64,000 nucleotides of DNA from contig NC_043006.1 in NCBI RefSeq assembly GCF_006345805.1, forward strand, positions 32,116,001 through 32,180,000. The letters are read 5' to 3'. The stretch comes from Octopus sinensis. Its lineage: Eukaryota. This document shows, piece by piece, positions 28,500-42,662 of the stretch; the stretch's first letter is position 1, and each line of letters opens with the position of its first letter. Position numbers and translations under genes: made by a program. The notes below the pieces were generated by a model that saw only the letters and a program-made list of their open reading frames with translations, made no database searches and was not told the DNA's origin.

Positions 28500-29040
28500 C
28501 TGGCAAAATGTATTTAAGGGATTCATTGATGCAGTGAAACAAATGAAAGAAAATAAAGCACCTGGCAGATGTGCCATAACCGCTGGAATCTGGAAACAGC
28601 GGAGGCGTGAAGCTTATCGAAAGCCTGTGTAGCATTGTGCTCAAAATCTGGGAGACTGAAACGGTTCCACAAGACCGGAAGGACGTAGACATTGTTCTTA
28701 TCTTCTAAAAAGGTTGCAGAGTGGACTGTGGAAACCACCGAGGAATATCTTTTCTACCAATAGCCAGGAAAATCTTGGCTCGTATTCTGTTAACCAGACT
28801 AAATGAGTCTACCTGCATAAATGTCTTATCTGAGATTCAGTGTGGCTTTCACTGAGCAGAAGCACTGTGGACATGATTATCTGTCTTTGCCAAATTCAAG
28901 GAAAATGTGTTGAGCAGAACATGTCTATGTACGCAGTGCTCATAAACTTCACAAAGGCCTTCAGCACAGTTTGCCGGGGTGGACTTTGGGTGGTGCTTAA
29001 GAAATATGGATGTCCTCGAAGGTTCGTCAACTTGGATCAT
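28500..29040 (+). mobile_element. RTE (BovB-like) LINE, internal RT fragment
   Basis: MKENKAPG..IWETETVPQD..DCGNHRGISFL..KILARIL..QCGF..STVDMI..INFTKAFSTV..LWVVLKKYGCP. Confidence 0.88.
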
Positions 29041-29097
29041 ATCCCCACAATATCCCCCCCTTCCCACTAACAGAACGCCGTTGAAAGACAAAATGGA

Positions 29098-29192
29098 CTC
29101 GGTAGGATTTGAACGCAGAACGCAAAGAGCCGGATGACATGCAGCTAAGCATCTTGTCCGCGTGCTAACGATTCTGCCAGTTCATCGCCTTT
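29098..29192 (-). mobile_element. SINE family A, head only
   Basis: gatttgaacgcagaac..gcgtgctaacgattctgccagttcatcgcct. Confidence 0.8.
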
Positions 29193-30970
29193 GGAACATG
29201 ATTAATTTCTTTTTATTGCTGTTCAAACCTGTTTAGAAGATCAGAGCTCCTGAGAACTATTCTCTAACACTTCTCTCATTACTGTTTGTAGCTGTTCCAT
29301 TTCGTGCTCTTTATATCGCTAATGCTCTTTAAGAAATGTTTTAATATTATCCCTTTTTGAGATCGATACAAATTATCAATTGATTATAAATAACTTCAAT
29401 CTTGGAAGTACAATTTATTAGTCGCCACTCTTTGATGTAGCCCAAATATACATTTGATTTACATGATAATGACGTCACACATTTCTAACTTTTTTTTCTC
29501 TTAAAAACTGTTCTTCTATAGAAATGTTACAATTTTCTCACCTTTTACTACCGTTTTAGGAAAGGAAGACAGTTGAAAAGAACTAAAATTATTGAATGGT
29601 TTAAATGGCGTTTGTCGCCTTCAGCTGGTTATCAGGAAGAAATTTATTCCGTCAATTAATTCTAATTAATTCCCGAATTAATATCAACCTGCCAATATTT
29701 GTCCAAATTTCTTTTCGCCAACCCTAAGGCAAAGCTTCCAGGTGCATGATAACGAGTACCGAAAGATGCCGAATACGACTAAAATCATTTAACCGTTATC
29801 CATCATTTATCCTTGATTCACGGATAAATACAATCAATCATAATGTTCGTTGCTCGAAACTTTTGGGTATGGATCAATAATCCTGTTTACCCTTACGCGC
29901 CGCACCGTTTCCCCTCTCGCTCTTTCGCTCCCTTGCTTGCTCATACACAATAAAGCCCCGCTGACAATATACACAGCCATTTGATTGTCAAGTAAGATAT
30001 CTACATAAAGAATTAGATTTCTGATGACATCACATCCCTCACCGACGTCTGCCTATCGCTCCTCAACTTTTCTTAATAGTATTTCTTCGGCTACCCAACG
30101 TCTGTTACGCCATGCCATTTGCCTCATATAGTGGTATCCGGCCGACGAATGTTTCAAGCATTCTTATTTACGCTATGTCCTATAAAAATATGTACGATAA
30201 TTATAATTTTATTGTTTTCAAATCTCAGATGTTTATACAGAATAATCAACTCTAATTTTCAAAATTAAAATATTTATTAAAATAAACTAAAATAATCAAA
30301 CTTCTTATTTGCGTATTTGCATTAAATGTACGCTTTTAGCTGTTTATTACAAATGCAGCATGTTGATTAAGTCCATATAAGTTTACGTGACATTTTTCGC
30401 ATGACCAAACAGTCTTCGAAGAATACCATTAATCGCCAGTGTTTTAATGTTGGGTTTATACTTTTGCCACTGTAGTAAAGAGTTGCATCGTTGCATCATT
30501 ATCTGTAATGCTACATAGACGCAATAATTATTATTTCATCTCTTTCAGACGACATGTCGCTTTTACAAAACAATGAAATAAGTGTTGATTTTATAAATAG
30601 AAATATATATCGAAGTAAAATGAAATTAAATAAAACGACTGTCTCTTGTATATTTGCAATAGATATATATTTTATCAATAAGATAGTATTGTTTAAATAA
30701 CAATTACAATAACGTTGCAGGATGATAATTGAAGAGGAAGACAATTTTACAAAATGCCACAAGATCTTGAGTTGTTTTTACACGCCAATTAGTTTGAATG
30801 GCATTAGACGCAGATTCAAAGTAAGATTTAAGCACACTTCTTGGTAAAGGCTTCATCGGTGGGCTTAAACGATGTATCGTGAATTATGCTGGGATTCCTA
30901 AGATGATGCCCGCATTCTTGAAGTTGATGTTTCCATTTCTTGAACTCGAAGTTTGTACCTCCATGCGCAA

Positions 30971-31385
30971 GGTTATAAGAAAATTCGTGTAAGAAATTTC
31001 GCTGTAGGAAAATTCGCCTTATAGGGGGATATGTAATTAAATTATTTAATGCTTTCTTCTCCTGATCAAGTTAGTATTCCTAATTAGATTTCAATTAAGA
31101 TAATTGCAATTACTCTGATTGTATATTGATTTTAGATTTTAAATACTGCAAAGCGCAGTTTTTGCTAGTAGCGTGGATAATCTCAGTTAATCAAAAATTT
31201 CAGCTTTCAGTATCAGACATGTGAGACCTTACAGTATAAGTCTTTAGCAGAACTCTCCCTTAGAGTTCTTCTACCTCAACCATATTCTTGCTGATATTCA
31301 TAATCTACATCATTACATTCTGTTTCCTTTGCAGCGAAATTTCTTACAGCGAAATTTTCGCGCAAATCAGCAACTATTCCAGTTA
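30971..31385. mobile_element. Possible MITE with inverted tandem 16-bp subterminal repeats
   Basis: aagaaatttcgctgtaggaaaattcg (30977-31018) versus cagcgaaatttcttacagcgaaattttcg (31332-31363); termini and TSD unclear. Confidence 0.4.
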
Positions 31386-32007
31386 TTGCAAACGGAAGAC
31401 TTCTGCCATATCAATGTGTCGTAAAGGTAGGTTTTCCAGATCCATCATATACATCTAAAAGAGAAGAAAATTCCAATTAATAATGGAATGAATTATCTGT
31501 AAAACGAGTTTTCTGTCTGGAATGAAGAAAATTAAATTGTTTCACCAATGATTTATCCAGAATTATTTACTCATTTACCACAAATTTTTCGCATGAATGC
31601 ATATTCTAGGCAGGGTCCTTCATCAAATTTAGAAAACTATTTCAAATGCAAAAATAATTTTAACGCAAAAATGTAAAAAATGAAAGCAAAATATAGACAA
31701 ATGAATAAATAATAAAAAGCATTAAAAAACAAAAAACTACGGCAAAAAGAAGAAAATGAATAAATAAATTATAAAAAAACCCAAACATTTATGTAAAAAA
31801 GCAGAAGTAAAATAGATAATAAAAACAAAAATTATCTTATGACAGTTGTTTAGGAAATTGGAAATTTAAGCTTGGCGTTTCGCAATAAAATAAGTTTATA
31901 CAAAATTGATTGAATCTTGTAACTTTACAAAAGTTATTAATTTCTTTACCTGGTTACATTTCATTTACTCCAGAAATGTATACGTTGGGATTATATTTTG
32001 CTTGTAT

Positions 32008-32250
32008 CAGCCATTGGACTGTGGCCATGCAGGAGCACTGCTTTGAAAGGTTCTAGTCGAACGGATTGGCACTAGTACAGTTTTACAGGCTACTACTAAT
32101 ACACTCGTTCTCTTTTGCCGAACCACTAAGTTACGGAGGACGTATACAAACCAACACAGATTGTCAAGCGCTGGGAGTGGAACAAACAGGAACTCACACA
32201 CAAATAAACGCACACACACGCACAAACACATGCATGTATGTATGTATGTA

Positions 32251-32313
<63 letters not shown>

Positions 32314-32400
32314 GAAGACACTTGCCCAAAATGTCACACAGTGGAGGTGAACCCGAAACCACGGGGCTGCAAAGCTAGCGTTTTAACCCCGAACCCAATC
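32008..32400 (-). mobile_element. SINE family B with internal (TATG)(TG)n
   Basis: Colinear with the other B copies; the segment after the repeat is shortened. Confidence 0.8.
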
Positions 32401-32629
32401 CCTTGAAAATAAAGCTATCAAGAGATTTTATGTCAGGTTTTTGTCTATAATAATAATGTTGTTTCTTTTTTGATTTCGAAAACTCGATTGTTTTGTAAGG
32501 GACATCTCTGTTTCGTGTGAGGTAAAATCTCTAATTTGAAGAATTGCTGATTTTTGGAAGCACAGACTTTAGTAAATACACTCCCATTCTGCCCAAAGAC
32601 TAACGCTGAGATTTATTTACTGTAATTAC

Positions 32630-32957
32630 ATAGGTGCATGGATTAGTGGCTACGGCATTCAGCTCACGATCATAGGGTCGAGAGTTCGACTCCCGGTGAT
32701 GCGTTGTGTCCTTCAGCAAGACACTTTATTTCACGTTGTTCCAGTTCACTCAGCTGTAGAAATGAGTTGCGACATCACTGGTGCCAAGCTGTATCTGTGT
32801 TTACCTTTCCCTTGGATAACATCGGTGGCGTGAAGAGGGGAGGCTGGTGTGCATGGGCGAATGCTGGTCTTCCATAAACATCCTTGCCCAGACTTGTGCC
32901 TAGGAGGGGAACTTTCTCGGTGCAATCCCATGGTCATTCATAACCGAAAGGGGTCTA
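32630..32957 (+). mobile_element. tRNA/CORE-like SINE, group C
   Basis: A box tggattagtgg, B box gagttcgactc, then gtgtccttcagcaagacactttatttcacgttg (resembles the CORE motif). Confidence 0.88.
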
Positions 32958-33004
32958 ATCGGAACTCTCCTCTTACAACAAAGCAATATCCCACAATGCA
33001 TTTG

Positions 33005-33745
33005 CAGTACCAATGCTGATCCCAGCATTTGGGATACTTGATTGGTCTGTAGAGGAAATCTACTCCATAGATATCAAAACCCCCAAAATCCCGACAACAA
33101 CTGGGAACTTCCACAGAAACAGTGATGTTGACAGGCTCTACCTAAGAAGAAATGAAGGTGGTAAAAGTCTGAGATCAGTGCAGACGGCCTTCGAATGCCG
33201 TATGGTATCACTCGGGTAGCACCTGCTAAACAACAGCAGCAAAAATAAATATATTAATGCAGTCCTGAAAAGTGAAGTGAGTAACATTGTACGAGTTGGC
33301 AATGAACTCCTCAAGAAACACTCTCTTCCTGATGATCTCCTATACAACCCCAAAACAGCTGGGCTCTCTACCCTCAGAGAAGAAGCACTCAGCATGCAAA
33401 AAAAAAGACCATGCATGGGTATGTTGCTCGGAATATGGGTATGTTGCACGGTATGTTGCTATGGGATACATTCATAAACACCAACTCAAGGAATACTGGT
33501 GGAATATTCCCATCAAAACATCTGTCATATCCGGATATTGTTGTTTGGGACAGAGGGCAAAGGTATGTACCATCATAGAGGTTAGCTGCCCTACAGATAT
33601 AAATATCTTTTTGTAAATCAAAGAAAAAGTGGTTATCCATGGACAGCTGCTTTGAAACCTCCAGCTTCTACATCCAGACTATGAATTCATATTCATACCA
33701 ATAATAATTGGAGTACTAGGTTTTGTTAGTAAATGCTGAAAGGAG
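33005..33745 (+). mobile_element. R4/Dong-like retrotransposon fragment (RT end and RLE), internally deleted
   Basis: FGILDWS.EE..IDIKT.K..GNFHRNSDVDRLYL.R.EGG.L; later YWWNIPI..PDIV(V)WD..IIEVSCP (PD-(D/E)xK)..FIPIIIGVLG. Confidence 0.85.
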
Positions 33746-33764
33746 AATCTGGGTAAACTGGGAT

Positions 33765-34062
33765 TTTCTATTGGTCTTTTGCCGAACCGCTAAGTTACAA
33801 GGATGTAAACACACCAGCATCGGTTGTCAAGCGATATTGGAGGGACAAACACAGACACACAAACATATGCACATACATACATATATATACATATATACAA
33901 CGGTTTTCTTTTTCAGTTTCCGTCTACCAAATCCGCTCACAAGGCTTTGGTCAGCCCGAGGCTATAGTCGAAGACACTTGCCCAAGGTGCCACGCAGTGG
34001 AACTGAACTCGGAACCATGCGGTTCGTAAGGAAGCTACTTACCACACATCCACTCCTACGCA
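33765..34062 (-). mobile_element. SINE family B
   Basis: High similarity to 10480-10792. Confidence 0.9.
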
Positions 34063-35639
34063 TATACTTATATATATATCAGTAAGAACACAAGTTGGTT
34101 GAGGTACACTACAGCTGTTTCAGACATGTTTTCTTTTATCAAGGAGCAAATCAATTACGTCATGAAAAGAACCGTTTTTATCAGGTGAAGTAAAGTTTAA
34201 ATATAAATTTTCCCATTTTTAGATTTGGCTCACAAAGAATATATATTGACTCCCACATCCCGGTGACAATCAAGATAACACCAGACTTATAAATAAGGAT
34301 GGGAACAACTAAATCACTATAGATGATGCCTCTGAATTGTCGCAGTCCGACGACTGTGGTCAGGGAAAGAAGCTATGTCAATTGGTATGTGTTTGCAATA
34401 ATAATATATATTTAAAATAGCCAAAGAACTATTATCGTTGTGTGTGACTGGGTGGTGGTGGTAGTGGTGGAGGAGAGAACATGAAAATCTTTTTCAAATC
34501 ATAGTTCTCCATCCTTATTCGTAAATATGGTGATTTCTTCAAGTGTTGGTCAATTGGAACATCGTCTCTCTGAAATGTCTCCTATCTCTTCTAAATTCTA
34601 TACTTACCATAAATAAATACCTATTTTGTATTATAGCTTTCTCTTCTTTCTGACACTAGATTACGCTTAATATTTTATACATATCCATTATTTTCACTTT
34701 TGAAATAGTCAAGATTTCATTTCAATAACCATAATTATGTGTTACTTATTGTAGCATCATTTTCTTATCTACAATCTTCAGTTTAGAGTTGTGCACACTG
34801 TCCACTGTTCAACTATCTTTAGGCTGCATGTCAGAAGTACATTGATCGGCTGAAATCACAATAAGAGCCATGTGTAGTTAGGTCAGCCGTCTGCTGCGAA
34901 TTCATGGATGAAAATGAAAGGGCAGTATCACAATCTTATGATGTCTATGAGATTTCATTAGCGTATAAATTCTAAGAATATAATACTATGCAGATACATA
35001 CACACAGTCGAGCGCGCACACGCATACGAACACACACACACACATGTTTGCATGTATTGATGCAAACTTTTATGTAGTCGAGTAATACATCCTTGGTTAT
35101 AACATATAACCGGTCAGAAAGTTACCATTGGTTTCGCGTCTACTACTACAACTATTTCTAATACTTGGCAATATGGGCCATTCAAACATGCTGTCCAGAA
35201 ACACAACCTCTTTACAGACGAAGGTAAATATTCAGTAATGGTCAGTTTGGTGGGAAAAGAACCCATTTCTTAGAGGGAGGGAGAGTTTCCCTTACACGAT
35301 TCGAGCAGTTTCCGAAGTAGGTCAGTTATGCATGAGCACACCCTGAACAGAATTTGAAAGGATCTGATTCACACACTTAACTCCCTCGGTCTGAAGGTTT
35401 TGAGACCAAACTTACCATAGTTAATTTTTTTTTAGATGTTTCGCTCGATTTGGGCACCGGTTCATACAAAATCCACAGCAAGCCTAATAAAAGGCCTCCT
35501 ACCACTCGCCTATTGTATTTACAAACTCCGTGAAGGGTGTCATCGAAAGGGTTTCGAACCTACTCTCTAATACAGACATTGTTGACGCCGCGGCCTTCTA
35601 TTCTAGCGAAGCATATGCAGCCAGCAGGTTTAAGGGTTA

Positions 35640-36337
35640 CATCAGCTATATGCTGTCAGAGTAACGAAACCATTCTGAACGTACTCGTGCAATGTCCAAA
35701 TATTTCAGACTGGTGGGCTTATGTGGAACGGCTGCTGCCAGGTATGGGACGAATTCGGTTGTCAGCCGAGCCTGTCGTGAATATTGCCCCGCCACCTTCC
35801 TTTAACCGGGAAGGCAAGGCAGTTTTCATTGTGTTAGTGGCTATGGTGAAAGGATGCGTGTAGTGGACTCGCGCAAAAGGTTTAGAGACAAACACTTTCC
35901 TCTTTGGCCAGCCTCTCATCAATTTCTTCCAGTATTACTTGAGAATAGAGAGGGAAGTTTTGTCTAATGAAAAGTTCAACAAAAGGTGTGTGAATGTGGC
36001 AAGGATGGTACGAATAAATGACGGAACCACCTTGAGCATGATCCTATAAAACAGAGAGAAAGAGCGCCTTGCTCTCATGTTAATGTTTTTCTTTTCCGTT
36101 TCCGAAGTTACCATGGGTTCTTTTTCGTAGGTTTTTCTTTCCACGGAGAAACCAAGGTAATGTTACATTTCCTCCCCATTTTGGGAACTCTAATTGTTAA
36201 AAACGACTTGTGTGTCATTTCCCTGTTTACACGTCCAAAAGAAAAGGCTTTTCGTTCCCTTTGGAAGATTTTGAAAAAGAAAAATTCTACATTGTATTGT
36301 ACCCTCTGTGCTCAGCCCCTCGTGGCTAATAAAGAAA
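35640..36337 (+). mobile_element. Tx1-type LINE 3' end, older diverged subfamily
   Basis: CQSNETILNVLVQCPNISDWWAYVERLL..PPSFNREGKAVFIVLVAMVK; same terminus gtggctaataaagaaa, followed by (TCCA)n(TCTA)n. Confidence 0.88.
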
Positions 36338-36376
36338 CATGTCTGTCCATCCATCCATCCATCCATCCAACCAACC

Positions 36377-36549
<173 letters not shown>

Positions 36550-37604
36550 CGTACATACGTAACCGTCATGATTTAGGTGAATGAAATTACCGTTTCCTAA
36601 TCTCTATTTGATTACTTTGACAATGTTTCTTTCCTTATATATTCCGAAGCATTGTTCAAATGTTTAAAAACATTTCGTTCAAGATTCATGCTTTTAGTTT
36701 TTGTGTTTTATTTCCGTATGAAAATATTTTAATACCTTTTAAGGACTACTATTTTATTATTAATTCAAAATTTTAAAGAAATCTGTTTGAAAACTTTTAA
36801 TTGATTTGATATGATATCCCAAATACAGTTCGTAATTTATAAGATTTGATGTCTCTAATGTAAATATCGAATTTCAATTATGTACAACCGGTTATATGAT
36901 AAAAGCATAAAATTAATTTTTTTTCTAATTTGCCATTTCATAGATTTGTGATATTTATTTTGTCCAATAAAAATACTGAAAACAAAATATTATTGTTTTT
37001 GATAGCCATATTAATCATAAACTTGCTTTATTACCTTCATATAACATTACTTGCATAGTATTAGAATAATCCAGAAAATTTTAATTGGATATTAAAAGAT
37101 TTTAATTTTCAGAATTGGTAATTTATGCATATGTCTTGAAACTATAAAATTTCAATCTAAAATACTGGATGTCAGAAAGTTCGTCGCAATTCTGATAAAA
37201 ATTCGCTGACAATTGGTATTAATTATTTTAATTTCACTTAATTGTGTTTTTAACTGATAGGGAAATATCAATTTTATAAAAGGAAATAATTTGTACTTTT
37301 CGATTAATTCCGTAAATGACAATGTTCTAATGACACTGATTGGTTGCTGAATTGTACCAAAATTAGACAAAATGCTTTGAGGCATTGATTTCTGGAGTTT
37401 TACGCTTTGAGTTCAAATCCAACCGAGTAAAAGTTTGTCTTTCAGTGCTTCGGGGCCAATAAAATAAGTATCAAACCAACCGTGGGATGATTTAATCGAC
37501 TCATTGGAATGTCTCGCAGGCGTCTTGAATATAAAACAAGCCCGAGAAATGTTATTGTCGAAATCCCGAACAAATCATTTTAATTCTTAATAATGCTTTC
37601 ACAC

Positions 37605-38000
37605 GAAGGCGGCGAGCTGGCAGAAACGTTAGCACGCCGGCCGAATGCTTATCGGTATTTCGTTTGCTGCTACGTTCTGAGTTCAAATTCCGCCGAGGTC
37701 GACTCTGCCTTTCAACCTTTCGGGGTCGATTAAATAAGTATCAGTTACGCACTGGCGTCGATATAGTCGACTTAATCCGTTTGTCTGTCCTCGTTTGTCC
37801 CCTCTGTGTTTAACCCCTTGTGGGTAGTAAAGAAATAGGTATTTCGTCTGTCTTTGAGTTCAAATTTCACTGAGGTCGACTTTGTTTTTCATCCTTTCGG
37901 GGCCGATAAATTAAGTACCAGTTGCGTACTGGGGTAGATCTAATCGACTGGTCCCCTCCCCCAAAATTTCGGGCCTTGTACCTAGAGTAGAAAAGAATAA
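37605..38000 (+). mobile_element. SINE family A with an internally duplicated body
   Basis: Head at 37605; body ggtatttcgt..gagttcaaatt..gaggtcgact appears twice (about 37655 and 37838). Confidence 0.85.
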
Positions 38001-38940
38001 TGCTTGCGCTTGGAGAGCAGAAAAGGGTGAAAACTCTGGCAGCGACATCATTCCTGAATAGAGCGTCAGTATCGGAACAATGTCTTTTAAATCCCCGTTC
38101 TGAGTTTGGAACATAATTTGTTGCAAAATAAAGCAATGAATTCTTTTTTCGATATCTAGTGTCTTGGACAAAACCTGTTTCGGACGGCCATCTGTTACGG
38201 AAGAAACGAAAGAAGCTGACATGGCTAAGGATCCAGACTTTACGCTCACCCTGTATGTATATATATATATATATATATATATACATCGCTGCTGATTTCT
38301 CTCGAAAAATCGGTATAACTGCGGCCCGTCTGATAAATGAGCTCTGCAAAGTTGGGTGGTTTCTGCTGCGAGTGTCGTAGGCCATTCCCTGCGGTAATGT
38401 CTTTGCAATTATTTCTGCGAGGCTCCGGCTAAACACGTCATTTGTTCTGGGGGTTTACAGCCCGTTACTCCTCCCCACCCATCTTCTCCTGCTTAATCCT
38501 CACCTTTTTATTTTTCCTTTGGTTCCTTGCTGAGGTAATGGTTGTTTCTGCATGGTTTGATTTCTTTCCTTCATCTAAAAATATGTTAAAACATTCAATA
38601 AAACACTGAGAATCGAAAATACCAACAACAAAAAAAAGAAATAGTTATTTCATCTAATCAACAGTGATCTAATTAACCTGTTACCTTATTACGCCCACCT
38701 CTCCGGTCCATTAATAGGTTGCATCCCCCTCATTATTTTAATTTTATATTCATATTAATCTTTATCTTTATTTTCATCAATAATCATTAAAATTATTCGA
38801 ATCCCTGAAGACGCCAAGGAAAGTGAACTTCAATGCACAGCCATGTTTGCATTTCATCGTCTTTTGAGTAAGATTCCAAAAGTTCTCCCCAATGATTCAA
38901 GCTTCCCATTTTACCATCCATTCTGTATCAAGGCATTATG

Positions 38941-39155
38941 GCGGTGGCGAGCTGATAGGATTGTTAGCGAGTCGAACAAAATGCTTAGCAATATTTCATT
39001 TGGCTTTTACGTTCTGGTTTCAAATTCAACCGAGGCAGATCTTCCCCTTTTATCATTTCGATGTCGAAAAAACACGTACCAGTTGAACACTGGAGTCGAT
39101 GCAGTAGGCTGACTCCCTCCCTTAAAAGCGCTGGCCTTGCGCTAAAAGTTGAAGC
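38941..39155 (+). mobile_element. SINE family A, diverged
   Basis: ggcgagctg..gttagc..aaatgcttagc..ttcaaattc..ccgagg. Confidence 0.8.
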
Positions 39156-39177
39156 CATTTGCCACGCATATTCATTT

Positions 39178-40004
39178 CCTGCAGAGAGGAAAACTTATGT
39201 TAGTGATAGAACGGAAAGTATTCGAACAGTTTATAATATGCAGTGAGTTATACAAATGATTCTTATCTAGGCATTATGCATTCATACAAGCTTCTAGCAC
39301 ACGTTCACACACACAACACCTCAAGATATGTCTTGTATCCTACGCTTGCGCTTACATCAGCTTTCAGGGTCAGATATAATTATTACGTACGAAGTTACGC
39401 GATTCTAAAATTTAAATGGAGAAAGGAATTGCGTTAAACTTGGGAAGTCTGCTAGAGAGATGTTGAGCATGCTTCGGCAGGCCTATGACGACGAGGCAGT
39501 GGTGGGTAGGCACAGGCACTTCAGGAGCGGAAAAAATCCCTGAAAGATCTGAGAGATGAGCTATCTGGAAGACTCACAAGTGTCACTCCCAGAAATGTCG
39601 AACTGTGCATCGAGCATTTGTCAGCCTAGTTTGGGACGAATTCCTTCACTTTTGAAGTGCCCGTCCCACTCGAAACATTGCCTATCCCCCACTGCCTCGT
39701 CGCCACAAGCCTGCAGAAGTATGCTCAACGTCTCTCAAGTTTAACGTAATTCATTTCTCCCTTTAAATTTTAGAATCGCGTAACTTCGTATGTAATAATT
39801 ATATCTGACTCTGAAAGCTGATGTAAGCGCAAGCGTGGGATACAAGACATATCTTGAGGTGTTGCGTGTGTAGACATGTGCTAGAAGCTTGTATGAATGC
39901 ATAATGCCTAGATGCGAATCATTCGCAAATCTCACCGCATATGAACTTATAAACTGTTCGTATATTTTCCGTTCTATCACAGATAAAGTTTTCCTCTATG
40001 TAGG
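39178..40004. mobile_element. Palindromic mariner derivative made of two inverted 5' halves
   Basis: Arms about 39178-39535 and 39640-40004; each runs into a transposase start (KLGKSAREMLSMLRQAYDDEA / LLQACGDEAVGDRQCFEW..HFKS). Confidence 0.8.
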
Positions 40005-40017
40005 CGCACGAATATTT

Positions 40018-40160
40018 CTAAGCGCAGGCGTGACTATGTGGTGAGAAGTTTGCTTTCTAGCCACATGGTTCCGGGTTCAGTCCCCTCGCGTGACACCTTA
40101 GGCAAGTGTCTCCTACTATAGCCTCGGGTCGACCAAAAACTTGTGAGTGAATTTGGAACA
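40018..40160 (+). mobile_element. SINE family B, head, 3'-truncated
   Basis: gcgcaggcgtgactatgtggt..ggttcagtccc..ccttaggcaagtgtc. Confidence 0.85.
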
Positions 40161-40821
40161 CTGATATCTCATTTTAACAGAAATATTTATCAAAATTACA
40201 TAAAAATATCTTGAAATACTAAAGAGTAAATTTATTCAATAAAATCGCCATTGGCTTCAATTACAGCCTCCAGACGACTTCGGGATCTCCTGCAACTCTT
40301 CTGGACGGTTTTCTTGTTTAAGTTGGCGAATTGTGCAATAATCCTTACCTTCAGTTCATCTTTAGTGTTGGAAGTTTTGTTGGTCTCTCATTCAACTGCG
40401 CCCCACACATAATAATCAAGAGGGTTGCAGCCTGGGGAGTTAGGTGGCCAGATGTTAGGGACGATGTGGTTGCAGAAATTGTCACAGTCATCACTCCAAA
40501 CACCATGATGTTGACCGGATGTTTGATTTTATCCCTCTCGGTACACGTCCTCAGATTACACTGCCCTCAAACACTCTGAAATATTCGTATTGGACATCCA
40601 AACACTCTGAAATATTCGTATTGGAGCTTCCGATGCAAATGCCAAGCAGCACAGCATGTCGTTTCCAAATTTCTGGCAGGCTGAATTGCGTCAAGGTGCT
40701 GTTTTTCTCACAAACGCTGCCCAACTGACCCTACTATACTGTGTAGTCGACAAAATCAAAAACAAACAATGCACATGCGCGAAAGTGAAAATATTAATAG
40801 CGACAATTTACCTATCGCACC

Positions 40822-40824
<3 letters not shown>
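40160..40824 (-). mobile_element. Internally deleted Tc1/mariner (maT/DD37D-like) element
   Basis: Terminus TA|CAGGGTGCGATAGG at 40824; minus peptide PNIWPPNSPGCNPLDYYVWGAVE. Confidence 0.8.
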
Positions 40825-40920
<96 letters not shown>

Positions 40921-41614
40921 ATATATATAAAAATATATATATATATATACATATACACACACAGACATAGACAATAAATTTGTATCATTTATCTCCAATC
41001 GCAGTTTCGTTTGCCAGGTTCTTCGCCCGACCATACATATCAGTTGGTTTGGAATTTTTTTCCTGGTTTGGATATTTTTTTGTTTACCATTAATCGTTCA
41101 ACCGCCAGATCAAGGCTACCATTTATATCTTACATCAAACCAACCATGTAATTCTCCATGTACTTCTAGCACACAGGTGAACGAATATATTTAGGTTTAG
41201 GTATATACTTATATATATTGAAAACCTTTTCATTGCCCCAGAAAATAAAAGCCTGAAACTTAAACAGCTTTGTTGTAAGATGAACTTTTTGTAACACTGC
41301 AGTTCATAAAATGTCACCGGCTTCATCGTTTCATACATTTGAATTCATCTGTAAATTTTGTACTTTTGGCATATATGTAAATATGTGGAAAAGTTGTAAT
41401 TCGTTTGAATCATATTTTGTGCATTGCTTTGTTTTGCTCAATTTTATTTAAAGTTCATGGAAAAATATATTGTTTTCTCTCTCGTGTAACGTTTTTGACT
41501 TGCTGGGGGCTTATTTGCATATTGCATTGCGTTTTATAGAAACTCTGAAGTAAGTTTAATCACATCTGGTTTTGAGATTGCTTAGTACGCGCTTGTGTAT
41601 TTCCTACAAAAAGG

Positions 41615-41646
<32 letters not shown>

Positions 41647-41673
41647 ACACACACACATACTTGCATATTTTTT

Positions 41674-41769
<96 letters not shown>

Positions 41770-41838
41770 CATCAATGAAGCTCTTTTCTGCAGGAAAACA
41801 CTTAGAAACTTATACAAAGAAATTCAAAACCAGATGTG

Positions 41839-41881
<43 letters not shown>

Positions 41882-41909
41882 AATGAATATTTCCATATAC
41901 TTTTGTTGT

Positions 41910-41941
<32 letters not shown>

Positions 41942-42311
41942 ACGCAGATACACACACATGTCAGATATCAGATCGCTTTTGAGCGCTACTGTTGACATGT
42001 AACTCAGTAAACCAATCATATGGTCGGGTTGTCAGCTCGTAAACTGGCAAGGAGGGTCGTTCTTGGACATCCTGCGGAACGAAAGACCCGCTAAAGGGCC
42101 GAGGAACTGATGTGTAGTCAACGGCCATCTATCTATATATATGCATATACGTGTGTATATATGTATGTATCAGTCTCGGTTCGTCAAAAGAGGCGATTAG
42201 AATAAATAACACGCTTCAAAAGAAGTACTGGGATCGATTCATTCAACTAAACATTTTCTAATGCGGTGCCCTGGCATGGCCGTAACCTAATGATTAAAAC
42301 AAGTAAAAGAA

Positions 42312-42391
<80 letters not shown>

Positions 42392-42424
42392 TTATATCTG
42401 TATATATTCTTTTATTCTTTTATT

Positions 42425-42604
42425 TGTTTCAGTCACTTGACTGTGGCCATGCTGGTGCGCCACCTTTAGTCGAACTAATTCAGCCCAGGAATTATTCTTT
42501 GTAAGCCTATTACTTATTCTATCGGTCTCTTTTGCCGAACCGCTAAGTTACGGGGACGTAAACACACCAGCATCGGTTGTGAAGCGATGGTGGGGGAACA
42601 CACA

Positions 42605-42662
<58 letters not shown>

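Noticed and set aside
32630-32705. tRNA genes (also 20120-20195, 10720-10792)
   Set aside because: A and B boxes are present, but each continues into a multi-copy SINE body without a full cloverleaf.
38000-38253. Tc1-like 5' end (TA|CAGGGTGAG)
   Set aside because: Only one terminus and no recognisable transposase sequence.
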